Origin: Flavobacteriales bacterium
GTDB taxonomy: Bacteria > Bacteroidota > Bacteroidia > Palsa-965
Direction: 5' to 3'
Assembly (NCBI GenBank): GCA_040377305.1
Contig: JBEIPA010000001.1
Span: 160,001 to 224,000, forward strand
Length of the DNA: 64,000 nucleotides
The notes under the pieces were generated by a model. That model saw nothing but the letters and a program-made list of their open reading frames with translations. It was not told the origin of the DNA and did not search any database. Positions 30,661-40,499 of the stretch are shown here, in pieces. The number at the start of each line of letters is the position of its first letter. The first letter of the stretch is position 1. The translations under genes and the position numbers were made by a program.

Positions 30661-32730
30661 ATGAAAAAATTATTATCACTAGTACTCCTCTTAGTTGCCG
30701 GCGTAGCATTCGCTCAGGCACCTCAGATGGTAAAGTACCAAGGTGTTGCGCGTGATGCTGCTGGTGCAGTAATCGCAAACGGCACGATCACTGTACAATT
30801 CGATGTTCACACTGGTTCTGCAGCGGGTCCTATCGCTTACACTGAAACACACGTAGGTGTTACGACTAACCAATTCGGTTTGTTTAGCATCAGCATGGGT
30901 TCTGTTTCTCCATTCCCTGCTAACCTTTTCGGAGCAGGTTCAGAATTCCTTGAAGTATCTGTCGACTTCGGTACTGGATTAACTTCAATGGGAACTTCAC
31001 AGTTCTTATCTGTTCCTTATGCATTGTTCGCTGATTCATCGGCTAATCCTGGTCCTCAGGGCCCTGCTGGTCCGCAAGGTCCATCTGGTGATCCTGGCGT
31101 TGCTGGTCCACAAGGTCCATCTGGCGATCCTGGTGTAGCTGGTCCGCAAGGTCCATCTGGCGATCCTGGTGTGGCTGGTCCGCAAGGTCCTGCTGGTGTA
31201 ACCGGTCCACAAGGTCCTTCTGGTGATCCTGGAGTAGCTGGTCCGCAAGGTCCTGCTGGTGTAACTGGTCCACAAGGTCCTTCCGGTGACCCTGGTGTAG
31301 CTGGTCCTACTGGTGCAGTTGGTCCTCAAGGTCCTACTGGTGCAGTTGGTCCTCAAGGTCCTGCTGGTGTTACTGGCGCTCAAGGTCCGGCTGGCGCAGT
31401 TGGCCCTCAAGGTCCTGCTGGTGTTACTGGCGCTCAAGGTCCTGCTGGTGCAGTTGGTCCGCAAGGTCCTGCTGGTGTTACTGGTGCTCAAGGTCCTGCT
31501 GGTGTTGCTGGTCCCCAAGGTCCAATTGGTCCTGCTGGTGCAGTTGGTGCTCAAGGTCCACAAGGTGTAGCGGGTCCTGTTGGTCCAGCTGGTGCAGTTG
31601 GTCCTCAAGGTGCTGCTGGTCCAACTGGTGCAACCGGTCTACTTACTAATGGTACAGGCGCTGGGCAAACAGCTTATTGGGATGGAACAAATTGGGTAAT
31701 CAACGGGAACATTTATAACAATGGTGCTAACGTTGGTATAAATACAGTTCCTTCTGTTAGTCGCAAACTGGATGTGTATTGGGTTCAACAGACAGCGACA
31801 GGTGATGGTCAAGCAACTATCTACGGTTACCGCACGCGTGATAACCAAAATGACGGAATTTCTTATGCGATAAATGGCGGACAAAGTGCAATGCAGGGAT
31901 ACAACTTCTGGGGTGATGTTTACACTTGGGGTGTAGCTGGCCACAACTACAACGACTATAACCGTACAGGCGGCGTACTTGGAGCTGATGTCAACGGCAC
32001 ATATTGGGGATCCCTCGGATACAGAAGTTCGGCTCTAATGAATTATGGTGTTTACGGATCTGCGGCTTATGCTAGCGGTGCTGGTCGCATGTCCAATGGC
32101 ATTCGCACTGGAATTGGTGGCGGTTTCTACGGTGACCTCATGGGTGGCTGGGTTCGTGGTGATATCATGGGTCTTACTACTATGGGATCTATGTACGCTG
32201 CATTCAATATCGGCAACACATTCAACACAGGTTTCCATGCTGACCTCGTAAACACTGGTGGTCGCGTTGTTCCTGCGTACGCAGTTACTTCGACAAAAGT
32301 GAAGTGCTATGATGACGGTTCTGCACAATTGAACAACGGAACAGTTCGCGTGAACTTCACTCCTGAGTATGCAGCGCTTATCAAAGGAAACGGCAAGCCA
32401 ACTGTAACTGTATCTGCAATGGGTATGTGCAACGGTCTTTACATCGTTTCTATCGATGAAGCAGGTTTCACAGTTGCAGAACTTGGTAACGGAACAAGCA
32501 ACGTTGAGTTCAGCTACATCGTAGTTGGTACTCGTGTTGATGCTGTTAACTCGACGGTTCCTTCTGAGCTTACAAATCCTGAATTCAGCGTGAAGATGAA
32601 AGCGGTAATGGGTAACGACGGAAATACTGAGCAGTCTGCTGCTCCAATGTTCTGGAACGGAACTACGCTCGAATACAATGCTGCTCCCGAGGCTCCAAAG
32701 CCTGCAAAAGTTGAAATGAATCGTAACTAA
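30661..32730 (+). CDS. Secreted collagen-like fibre protein (module A): conserved N-domain, 66 Gly-X-Y triplets, Gly/Tyr-rich tip; no T9SS CTD seen
   Basis: [29 protein letters not shown]-domain; uninterrupted GXY run 31051-31644. Confidence 0.9.
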   Translation: MKKLLSLVLLLVAGVAFAQAPQMVKYQGVARDAAGAVIANGTITVQFDVHTGSAAGPIAYTETHVGVTTNQFGLFSISMGSVSPFPANLFGAGSEFLEVSVDFGTGLTSMGTSQFLSVPYALFADSSANPGPQGPAGPQGPSGDPGVAGPQGPSGDPGVAGPQGPSGDPGVAGPQGPAGVTGPQGPSGDPGVAGPQGPAGVTGPQGPSGDPGVAGPTGAVGPQGPTGAVGPQGPAGVTGAQGPAGAVGPQGPAGVTGAQGPAGAVGPQGPAGVTGAQGPAGVAGPQGPIGPAGAVGAQGPQGVAGPVGPAGAVGPQGAAGPTGATGLLTNGTGAGQTAYWDGTNWVINGNIYNNGANVGINTVPSVSRKLDVYWVQQTATGDGQATIYGYRTRDNQNDGISYAINGGQSAMQGYNFWGDVYTWGVAGHNYNDYNRTGGVLGADVNGTYWGSLGYRSSALMNYGVYGSAAYASGAGRMSNGIRTGIGGGFYGDLMGGWVRGDIMGLTTMGSMYAAFNIGNTFNTGFHADLVNTGGRVVPAYAVTSTKVKCYDDGSAQLNNGTVRVNFTPEYAALIKGNGKPTVTVSAMGMCNGLYIVSIDEAGFTVAELGNGTSNVEFSYIVVGTRVDAVNSTVPSELTNPEFSVKMKAVMGNDGNTEQSAAPMFWNGTTLEYNAAPEAPKPAKVEMNRN
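31051..31644 (+). repeat. Collagen-coding tandem repeat (36-, 54- and 63-bp higher-order units)
   Basis: [12 protein letters not shown] repeated, and [18 protein letters not shown] repeated; 66 triplets counted. Confidence 0.9.
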
Positions 32731-32747
32731 TTTTTTATTGAAATATT

Positions 32748-32793
32748 AAGTCCCGTCTCGTCAACATTTTGACGAGACGGGACTTTTCTTTTT
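32748..32793 (+). terminator. Intrinsic terminator after the collagen fibre gene
   Basis: AAGTCCCGTCTCGTCAA-loop-TTGACGAGACGGGACTT followed by a T-rich run. Confidence 0.8.
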
Positions 32794-32803
32794 ACTTTGT
32801 CGT

Positions 32804-33727
32804 GTGAGAATACTGATTCCGTTTTTATTTCTTTCTAATTTCTTATTCGCGCAGGATCGTAGCGTGTTGCCCGGCAACACTGAAGCGTATTACCAGAATG
32901 TAATTACATATCTCGCCAGCGATTCTATGAAAGGTCGATTGCCTGGGACACGGGAAGAAAAAATCTCGGCTGAATACATTGCCGCAGAATTACAACGCAT
33001 TGGCTGCAAACCAATCAAACGAAAACGATTCGTTCATCCGTTCGATTACAAATCAAATGACACAACGCTGGTGCATTCTTCCGGCAATGTCATTGGGAAA
33101 ATAAATTCCCCTTCACAACAGTGCATCGTAATAACCGCACACTATGATCACATCGGTTATGGCTATCAACACTCCAATGATCCGTTTAGTCACACTATAC
33201 ACAACGGAGCAGATGACAATGCAAGCGGTGTGGCCCTGTTATTGGCTATGGCCCAATGGTGCACTGAACACAAATCCGAATTACGTTACGATGTAATTTT
33301 CGCTGCGGTAAGCGCCGAAGAAGATGGCTTGTTTGGTTCTGCAGAATTCCTGCGGTCTAAATTCATCGATACTTCTGAAATAATCTGCAACATAAATTTC
33401 GATATGGTCGGACATCTGGATTTGCTGCGCCCCATGCTCATTGTCGAAGGATCGTTTGAATCCACGTTCTGGAAAAATGTTCTGCCTTCAGACTCTGCTT
33501 CTGGATTTATCGTCAATCGTACAGCGGTAAAATTCAAAGACGGGTCCGATCACTGTTCATTCATTAATGCCAATATCCCAGCCGTACTTCTGTCAAGTGG
33601 AATAACACAACACTACCACAGACCAAGTGACGATGCGGCAACAATTAACTACAAGGGATTGGTTTCAATTGGGCGATACACAGAAAATTTGTTGTCGAAT
33701 CTCAATACGGTGAAACCTTCCCGGTAA
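32804..33727 (+). CDS. M28 family peptidase
   Basis: AHYDHIG, NGADDNASG, SAEEDGLFGS, NFDMVG, SDH, YHRPSD. Confidence 0.92.
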   Translation: MRILIPFLFLSNFLFAQDRSVLPGNTEAYYQNVITYLASDSMKGRLPGTREEKISAEYIAAELQRIGCKPIKRKRFVHPFDYKSNDTTLVHSSGNVIGKINSPSQQCIVITAHYDHIGYGYQHSNDPFSHTIHNGADDNASGVALLLAMAQWCTEHKSELRYDVIFAAVSAEEDGLFGSAEFLRSKFIDTSEIICNINFDMVGHLDLLRPMLIVEGSFESTFWKNVLPSDSASGFIVNRTAVKFKDGSDHCSFINANIPAVLLSSGITQHYHRPSDDAATINYKGLVSIGRYTENLLSNLNTVKPSR

Positions 33728-33825
33728 GGGCAAGCATCGGATTCCACATACTCAGCAGTGGAGAATAAATGGAAAATGACGTAACTTGTACTTCCATTTC
33801 GGCTCGGCCGCTAATAGTGAATGAA

Positions 33826-34320
33826 ATGAAAAAATTTATACTAAGCACAGCATGCCCGGTATTGATTACCTGCCTGTTAAATGCACAATCAATTTCACCA
33901 GAAGTTATCGCGTCTGCAGGCGAATACTATTCGAATGTAAACGGATCCATTTCGTGGACGCTCGGTGAACCCATGGGCGAAACGTATTCCCAAACAAACA
34001 ATATCATTACACAAGGATTCCAGCAACCAACGGATTTCGGCACGCGTGTCATTGTTGGCGATCCTGTGAATGCGGAAGTTTATCCGAATCCTACCGCCGA
34101 CATTGTAAATCTTCAGTTCGGTGACAACACGAACGGTCAGTACGTAATTGAAGTGTTCAACACCTTGGGGCAGCAACTCAAGACGTCTACTTTCAACGCT
34201 ACACCATCTTCGAAAGCAACTGTTTCATTGTTCGATTATTCTGATGGAATATATTTCATCACAGTTCGCAAAACCGACGGCACTGAAAGTTCCACATTCC
34301 GCATCACTAAGAATTCTTAA
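33826..34320 (+). CDS. Small T9SS type-A CTD protein (module B paralogue)
   Basis: Near-collinear paralogue of 30139-30639 (GSISWTLGEPMGETY identical); start MKKFIL at 33826. Confidence 0.88.
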   Translation: MKKFILSTACPVLITCLLNAQSISPEVIASAGEYYSNVNGSISWTLGEPMGETYSQTNNIITQGFQQPTDFGTRVIVGDPVNAEVYPNPTADIVNLQFGDNTNGQYVIEVFNTLGQQLKTSTFNATPSSKATVSLFDYSDGIYFITVRKTDGTESSTFRITKNS

Positions 34321-34329
34321 AGCAGATTT

Positions 34330-35193
34330 ATGAATAAATTACTTTCGCTGGCACTGCTATTGCCGGCATTCAGTCTTTTTGCACAAGCCCCGCAACAAAT
34401 CAAGTATCAAGGTGTAGCGCGAGATGCCGCAGGATCTGTCATTGCGAATGGTACTCTGACCGTACAGTTTGAAATACACGATGTAACTCCGGTTGGCACG
34501 GTAATTTATTCTGAAACACACACGGGAGTAGCCACCAATCAATTCGGATTATTCTCCGTGAGCATTGGTTCCGTTTCACCGATTGGTCCGTCTGTTTTTG
34601 TTGGAGGAAATGAATTTCTCGAAGTTAGCGTCGATTTCGGATCAGGACTTACAAGCATGGGAACTTCACAAATGCTATCCGTTCCTTATGCAATTTATGC
34701 CGACTCGTGCGGTAACCCTGGCCCACAAGGTCCTGCCGGTCCGTCGGGTACAACCGGACAATCAATCACAGAAGTTTATGGTTCAGGTCAGGTTTCTGTT
34801 GGTGCCGCAACAACAAGCGCGGTTCTTGTACCGGGACTAACTACAACTGTAAACGTGCCGGCGAATTCTGTTGTGCATGTTCACACCGATGGTGGCTTAC
34901 AATCGACAGGAGCTACGAGTTCGACGTTTTCTGTTGTAGACATCATTATCTACGTTGATGGAGTTGCAACTACAACCGGGGGTCAACGTCGTATCTCAAT
35001 TGCAAATACCACCGCGCTGGCTCAACTCATTAGTAATTGGTCAATTGATCACACGTACACATTGCCAGCCGGGAATCACACTTTCGAAGTAAAAGCAGTT
35101 GGTGGAGTTGCAGGAAGTTCATCAGCTAATGTGAGTAGCGGAAGTGCGGCCCAATTACGCGGAGTACTTTCAGTGGAGGTGCTGAAGCAATAA
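34330..35193 (+). CDS. Secreted short fibre protein (module B): same N-domain, ~5-6 GXY triplets, different beta-rich tip; no CTD seen
   Basis: [28 protein letters not shown], then [18 protein letters not shown], then a C-terminus unrelated to module A. Confidence 0.88.
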   Translation: MNKLLSLALLLPAFSLFAQAPQQIKYQGVARDAAGSVIANGTLTVQFEIHDVTPVGTVIYSETHTGVATNQFGLFSVSIGSVSPIGPSVFVGGNEFLEVSVDFGSGLTSMGTSQMLSVPYAIYADSCGNPGPQGPAGPSGTTGQSITEVYGSGQVSVGAATTSAVLVPGLTTTVNVPANSVVHVHTDGGLQSTGATSSTFSVVDIIIYVDGVATTTGGQRRISIANTTALAQLISNWSIDHTYTLPAGNHTFEVKAVGGVAGSSSANVSSGSAAQLRGVLSVEVLKQ

Positions 35194-35210
35194 AGAAATC
35201 TGATTGCAAT

Positions 35211-35241
35211 AAAAAAGGAGACCGATTTGATCTCCTTTTTT
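35211..35241. terminator. Bidirectional terminator between convergent genes
   Basis: AAAAAAGGAGA-loop-TCTCCTTTTTT. Confidence 0.75.
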
Positions 35242-35244
35242 CAT

Positions 35245-36804
35245 TTATAGAATTATCGTTTTCGTTCGTGTGACTCCTGAACTGGTCAATCGCAACACAT
35301 ACGTTCCCGCTGCAAGATCTCTGGTATTGATCACCGCTGTGTTGAAACCGGCACCGCTGCGATCCGTATTTATTATGCGCACAACTTTTCCGCTTGCATC
35401 AACAAGCTCAAGCGTTGCTGCACCTGCATTGGGCAGAAAGTATTGCACATTCAGATCCTGACCATTCGATGGAACTGGAAAAGGTGCATACAATTGCGGT
35501 GTTTCTACAATTGAGTGAAACGTTTCCGGCGTTGAAGAAAGCAATGAGGAATCAATAATGATGTCTTCATCGCCCAACTGGTACGCCAGATAAGCGTAAT
35601 ACACCACCAACATTTCGTCGGTAGTTGATTCACCTACTGAAACGTCCTGCGGTGGATTGTTCGGATTCGAAAGGTTGTTGACTGTGTTGTCGTAAATCGC
35701 GTATGCATGTAGCGTACTTCCGTACGGAACGTGAATAGGCATCTGATAGTTATAGAATCCTTGCCAGTGGAATGACCAATTCGGAATTTTCACCAGTGGA
35801 ATTGTGTCGCCATTCGGATCAATTGCATAACTGCAGATTTCTTTCCCGATGAGATGCATGTGCGGTGCAGTGCTGATCACACTCACATTGTACTGAACAG
35901 GTTCCTGCGCATAAAATGTCTTTACGCTATCTGCGGGTATAAACAGAGGCCCGTTTGTGATTGATGTAGAGTGATTAATTGCAGGTGTCAGGAAAACTTC
36001 ACGCACCACACCGGATGAGAAAGTGAATCGCACATGTGTGGAGTCAATTTGACCAAAAGTACCTCCGGGATAATGGACTTGCATAATGATGTTCGTGTTT
36101 TGCAAAAGCTTCACGCCCATATTCTGTGGAAGTTCCCACATTCCTTGTCCCGGAACCCAGCCCATAACGAGCGTTGCTGTTGCTGAACCAACATCTCCGA
36201 ACCATGTGTAGCCCGGACCGGGATCGGCTGCATCAAGAGTATAGCACGTGTTCGATTGATCCTGAAAAACCAATACGTGATGCACAATGTTTCTATTGCC
36301 TGGAATCACTTCAACCTTGGTGATGTATTCATCTTGCGTGTTTCCGCTAGGCATAACGAAACAGCGATACAAATCGTTTGCTGCGTTTACTGTAAAGGTT
36401 GGAATCTGTGTCACCTGATCCGGATTGGGCATTTCCGCTACGCTATTGTAGGACGGAGGTGTGGGTGCATTCGCAAGGTTTCCCTGCTGAATTCCATTAT
36501 CGACCCAATCGGAAATGGTTTGGATTTCCTGTTGCGATAAAATTCGCTCATGCATGAAGTGACGATATGCGGAATCTGGTGGCCATGGTGGCATGGTGCG
36601 ATTTTGCACAGCATTCTTGATGTCTGTAGATTCATTCGCGGCATCTCCGTATGTGATCAGCGAAAACGGGGCAATTCCGTTCGGGTTGTGACACTTCGTA
36701 CAGTTTGCGTAGAGAATTGGTGCAACATCTTCAGCCCAATAAGGACCTTGGGCGCTTACACAGAATGGAAAAAGCGCGATGATAAGGGTGTAAAGTTTCT
36801 TCAT
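35245..36804 (-). CDS. Cytochrome c + copper type II (PHM/DBH-like) monooxygenase with T9SS type-A CTD
   Basis: CTKCH heme motif with MPPWP; IVHHVL, QVHY, PHMH, WSFHWQ, DEM copper-ligand pattern; C-terminal PFPVP..GTYVLRL..TKTIIL. Confidence 0.82.
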   Translation of the reverse strand: MKKLYTLIIALFPFCVSAQGPYWAEDVAPILYANCTKCHNPNGIAPFSLITYGDAANESTDIKNAVQNRTMPPWPPDSAYRHFMHERILSQQEIQTISDWVDNGIQQGNLANAPTPPSYNSVAEMPNPDQVTQIPTFTVNAANDLYRCFVMPSGNTQDEYITKVEVIPGNRNIVHHVLVFQDQSNTCYTLDAADPGPGYTWFGDVGSATATLVMGWVPGQGMWELPQNMGVKLLQNTNIIMQVHYPGGTFGQIDSTHVRFTFSSGVVREVFLTPAINHSTSITNGPLFIPADSVKTFYAQEPVQYNVSVISTAPHMHLIGKEICSYAIDPNGDTIPLVKIPNWSFHWQGFYNYQMPIHVPYGSTLHAYAIYDNTVNNLSNPNNPPQDVSVGESTTDEMLVVYYAYLAYQLGDEDIIIDSSLLSSTPETFHSIVETPQLYAPFPVPSNGQDLNVQYFLPNAGAATLELVDASGKVVRIINTDRSGAGFNTAVINTRDLAAGTYVLRLTSSGVTRTKTIIL

Positions 36805-36903
36805 GAGGATTTTGAGAATAGTCTAAGGTACCGAATTCTTCGCAGGAGTCCTAAGTACCGGTATGAATAAGACGATAAGAAACGCGTGTGGTTTAAGGAG
36901 AGT

Positions 36904-38109
36904 CTATTCGAAATCTTCGTAGAGGAGATACTTCTTCCGAATGAGCTTGAATTTCACGATTTCCGGAATCCAGCTCAGACGAATTTTATCTTCTGTAACT
37001 CCATCCTGAATCTGCTTCTTCAGAGTAGCAGTACCCGCAAGCTTCTCAAAATAAGAATTGAAAAAAGCGTCCTTGTCGGGCATGTCTTTGTAACAACCCA
37101 TGAGCCAGAACAAATACAATCCCTTGTAATCGCGAATGTAGAGATCTGCAAACTCGTACAAATCGTGCCCGTAACAAACTTGTCCGTTGTATAGAGGTGT
37201 TTTCGCTCCGAAGCTAGGTTTAGGTGTGAATGTAAATGCGGCATTCTTCAGTTTCGGGTGACCAACTACCTGATAAGGCATTTCAGTTCCACGTCCGACA
37301 CTCATCACTGTTCCTTCGAACAAACAAAGCGAGGGATATAAATACACAGAAGCCATGTTTGGCAAATTCGGGGAAGTGCGCACGGGTAATTGATACTGTC
37401 CATTGTGATCGTATCCTTCACATGCAACCCAACTGAGCTGACATCTCACGCTTCCGGCAAGCCACTTTTCATCATTCACCATGCGCGCATACTCCGCGAT
37501 CGTCATCCCATAGACCAGCGGAACTTTGTGTAAACCAACCCACGACATGTACGCTTGTTCCATTACCGGACCATCAACATAATATCCATTTGGATTCGGA
37601 CGATCAAGCACAACGAAAGGCAATTTCTGCTCGGCGCAAGCTTCCATAACATAGGTCATTGTGGAAATGAATGTATAGCAGCGTACGCCAACATCCTGAA
37701 TGTCGTAAATCACAATGTCAATTCCTTTCAGATCCGCAGCTGTAGGTTTACGGTGGTTACCATAGAGCGAAACAACCGGAAGTTTTGTCTTCTCGTCAAT
37801 TGTGCTCGATACTTCTTCACCATCGTCTGCTTGTCCGCGAAAACCGTGTTCCGGAGAAAATATCTTCACCACTTTCACTCCCAGTGTAATCATGGAGTCG
37901 ACAAGGTGTGTCGTGTTAATCATTGATGTATGATTTGCAACAACAGCAACTTTTTTGTCTTTCGTTAACGGCAACCATTGATCAATTCGCTCTGCACCCG
38001 TGCGAACATCTTCGTCAGTAAGGTCTTGGGTTGCGCGGGACCGCATGGTTACTTGTGCAGAAAGATTAATTCCGCCAGCGAGTAATAATAGTAAAATCAG
38101 GATTCTCAT
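36904..38109 (-). CDS. namZ: Exo-beta-N-acetylmuramidase (DUF1343)
   Basis: FSPEHGFRG, YDIQDVGVRCYTF, VLDRPNP, SPNLP, SVGRGT; start MRILILL at 38109. Confidence 0.88.
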   Translation of the reverse strand: MRILILLLLLAGGINLSAQVTMRSRATQDLTDEDVRTGAERIDQWLPLTKDKKVAVVANHTSMINTTHLVDSMITLGVKVVKIFSPEHGFRGQADDGEEVSSTIDEKTKLPVVSLYGNHRKPTAADLKGIDIVIYDIQDVGVRCYTFISTMTYVMEACAEQKLPFVVLDRPNPNGYYVDGPVMEQAYMSWVGLHKVPLVYGMTIAEYARMVNDEKWLAGSVRCQLSWVACEGYDHNGQYQLPVRTSPNLPNMASVYLYPSLCLFEGTVMSVGRGTEMPYQVVGHPKLKNAAFTFTPKPSFGAKTPLYNGQVCYGHDLYEFADLYIRDYKGLYLFWLMGCYKDMPDKDAFFNSYFEKLAGTATLKKQIQDGVTEDKIRLSWIPEIVKFKLIRKKYLLYEDFE

Positions 38110-38227
38110 GTGCACTGTGAAAGTAGGAAAAAAGAGGTTTCTGTTAGAGAAATTAATGCAAAGGACATGCCAGTAGACAGTTGAAATCTCGTATTCCGCG
38201 GGCTGAAGCGCGAGAGCAGAAATCAAG

Positions 38228-38260
38228 ACTGCTTACTACCCAACTGCCTACTGCCTACTG
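38228..38260. repeat. Solo 7-bp tandem array (CCTACTG-type)
   Basis: gactg-cttacta-cccaactg-cctactg-cctactg; short inverted partner cagtagacagttg at 38171-38183. Confidence 0.65.
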
Positions 38261-38277
38261 AATTGCTATCTTTGGGC

Positions 38278-39534
38278 ATGTCCCGCGCCCTATTCGAACA
38301 AATGATTTCCTCGCGTATGCTTACGCAGAAGGATGAATCGGGGCGGATGTCAAAACCGATTGTGCGGGTGGCTGTTGTTGGAATTGCAGTCGGAATCATG
38401 GTAATGATCCTCACGCTTGCTGTTGTGCAGGGCTTCCAGGAAGAAATCAGAAAAAAAGTTACAGGATTCGGATCGCATATTCAGATCACACCTTACGACA
38501 GCAATATGTCGTCGTTCGAAACGGATTCGATGAGCAGCATACAACCATCTGTTGCTGCGTTGAAAGAATATCCTGGCATCCGCCACATACAAACCTTCGC
38601 AGTTAAACCGGGCATTGTTAAGAATAAAGAACAGTTGCTTGGCGTGGTGCTGAAAGGCGTTGACAAAGAATTTGATTGGGAATTCTTTAAGAAAAATCTT
38701 GTGCAGGGCGAAGTTTTCGGCTTTCCGGACACGGTTGGCGATCGCGTGCTCGTTTCCCAATACATGGCCGATAAACTGGAGCTGGAAGTCGGAAAGAAAA
38801 TCAAGATGTTCTTTCTGAGTGATGGACGTTCACGCGCGCGATCTTTTTACATCTCCGGGATCTACAACACAGGGTTAACAGAAGGATATGACGACAAGTT
38901 TGTGATTTGTGATATGCGACAGGTTCAGAAACTCAATCATTGGGATTCAACGACCATTGCCGGCTTCGAAATTCTGCTCGATGAAAGTGTTCCTGTTGGT
39001 GATGGCGATCGTCTTGGTGAACTCACCGACCGTGTGAACGACGAAATCGACTATGAATTGATTGCTGAGAACATTCGTGATCTCACACCTTCCATTTTCT
39101 CCTGGCTCGACGTACTGGACACCAATGCACTAATTATTATCATTCTTATGATTTTCGTTGGGATGATCAATATGATTTCTGCACTGCTGATTTTGATTAT
39201 CGACAGAACAAACATGATCGGTACCTTGAAAGCTCTCGGTGCCAGCAACTGGTCGGTTATGAAAATCTTCTTACGCAACGGCAGCCGGATGATTCTAACA
39301 GGAACTATCGCGGGAAATGTTCTGGGATTAGGATTTTGCTATCTGCAGAAATTCACCGGAATCATTGGCCTCGATGAACAATCTTACTACGTAAAAGTTG
39401 TGCCGATTAACATCGTATGGTCGGACATCCTTTTGCTGAACCTCTGCACCCTTTTGATTTGTTCTCTTGCACTTTTGCTTCCGGTATTGCTGGTTACAAA
39501 AATCACACCGGTGCGTGCACTTCGTTTCAGTTAA
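38278..39534 (+). CDS. LolC/LolE-type lipoprotein-releasing ABC permease
   Basis: TM1, periplasmic MacB-like domain, IGTLKALGA, ITPVRALRF; ATG 3 nt after TATCTTTG. Confidence 0.88.
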   Translation: MSRALFEQMISSRMLTQKDESGRMSKPIVRVAVVGIAVGIMVMILTLAVVQGFQEEIRKKVTGFGSHIQITPYDSNMSSFETDSMSSIQPSVAALKEYPGIRHIQTFAVKPGIVKNKEQLLGVVLKGVDKEFDWEFFKKNLVQGEVFGFPDTVGDRVLVSQYMADKLELEVGKKIKMFFLSDGRSRARSFYISGIYNTGLTEGYDDKFVICDMRQVQKLNHWDSTTIAGFEILLDESVPVGDGDRLGELTDRVNDEIDYELIAENIRDLTPSIFSWLDVLDTNALIIIILMIFVGMINMISALLILIIDRTNMIGTLKALGASNWSVMKIFLRNGSRMILTGTIAGNVLGLGFCYLQKFTGIIGLDEQSYYVKVVPINIVWSDILLLNLCTLLICSLALLLPVLLVTKITPVRALRFS

Positions 39535-39551
39535 GAAAAACCCGCTCTTGC

Positions 39552-40499
39552 ATGAATTATCAAATGAACCTGAAAGACAACAATGCCGATGGCGCGCAGA
39601 TTATTCGCTTCATCTATCGTTATAGAAAGCTCTACATCATTGTTGCTCTGATTGCAATTATTGGTGGCATTGCCGTTTCAGCGATGATGAAACCACAATA
39701 CAACTCGTTTGCGATTTTATTCCCTGCGCAAAATCAGTCCATAGAATCGGTTGTCGACAATCCCGTGTTTGGCTACGACATTGAAGCCGATCGGCTGTTG
39801 CAGGTTTTACAGTCCGAGGAAGTACTTGATAGTTGTGCTGCTAAATTTGATTTGTATGCCGTGTTGGAGGTTAACCCCAATACATTAACTGCACGTGATC
39901 AATTGAAGGAAAAATTTCACCAATGCGTTTCTTTCTCCAGATCACAGTACGTTTCCATTGTAATCTCTGCGAATACGACCGATCCTCAGCTGAGTGCCGA
40001 TCTGGTGAATTACATTATTAATCTTTCAGATGGAATCCGAAATCGTCTCTACAAAAAAAATCTTTCCATTGTTTACTTGTCTCTCGAAAAAGAATACAAC
40101 GAGCGACAGAACTATCTGGATCTGCTAACCGATTCTGTAACTGCTTTACGTGGAGAAACGAATATCGAAGTTCTCGCTACAATGAACAACCAGGTGGTTT
40201 TGAAAAGCAATAACCCTACATCATCAGAAGAACAAACGAACCTTGAACGCACGCTGAATAATTATATGTTCGAACAAAGTCGTCTCAATGATCTTTCGGA
40301 AAGATACCGCCGTGCGAAAACACAGTATGAAAGACCAGCAACACACAATTTCGTTTTGCAATACGCTACTCCTTCATACCAGAAGCGATCGCCTAATTTT
40401 ATGACGAACACATTCATTTCATTGATGTGCTCACTCGTGTTTTTAACCGGCTTCCTGCTTCTTCGCGATAAGCTGAAATCAATCAATCTCCGTGACTGA
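39552..40499 (+). CDS. Wzz-like polysaccharide chain-length determinant
   Basis: N-terminal TM + KPQY, coiled coil, Pro-rich motif before a C-terminal TM. Confidence 0.75.
   Translation: MNYQMNLKDNNADGAQIIRFIYRYRKLYIIVALIAIIGGIAVSAMMKPQYNSFAILFPAQNQSIESVVDNPVFGYDIEADRLLQVLQSEEVLDSCAAKFDLYAVLEVNPNTLTARDQLKEKFHQCVSFSRSQYVSIVISANTTDPQLSADLVNYIINLSDGIRNRLYKKNLSIVYLSLEKEYNERQNYLDLLTDSVTALRGETNIEVLATMNNQVVLKSNNPTSSEEQTNLERTLNNYMFEQSRLNDLSERYRRAKTQYERPATHNFVLQYATPSYQKRSPNFMTNTFISLMCSLVFLTGFLLLRDKLKSINLRD

Noticed and set aside
31036-31608. Repetitive antisense and off-frame ORFs over the collagen region
   Set aside because: They are a by-product of the GGT-CCN periodicity lacking stops in other frames.
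30139-35193. Module A/B similarity as a DGR template/variable pair
   Set aside because: Differences are spread over all bases and mostly synonymous, consistent with ordinary gene duplication.
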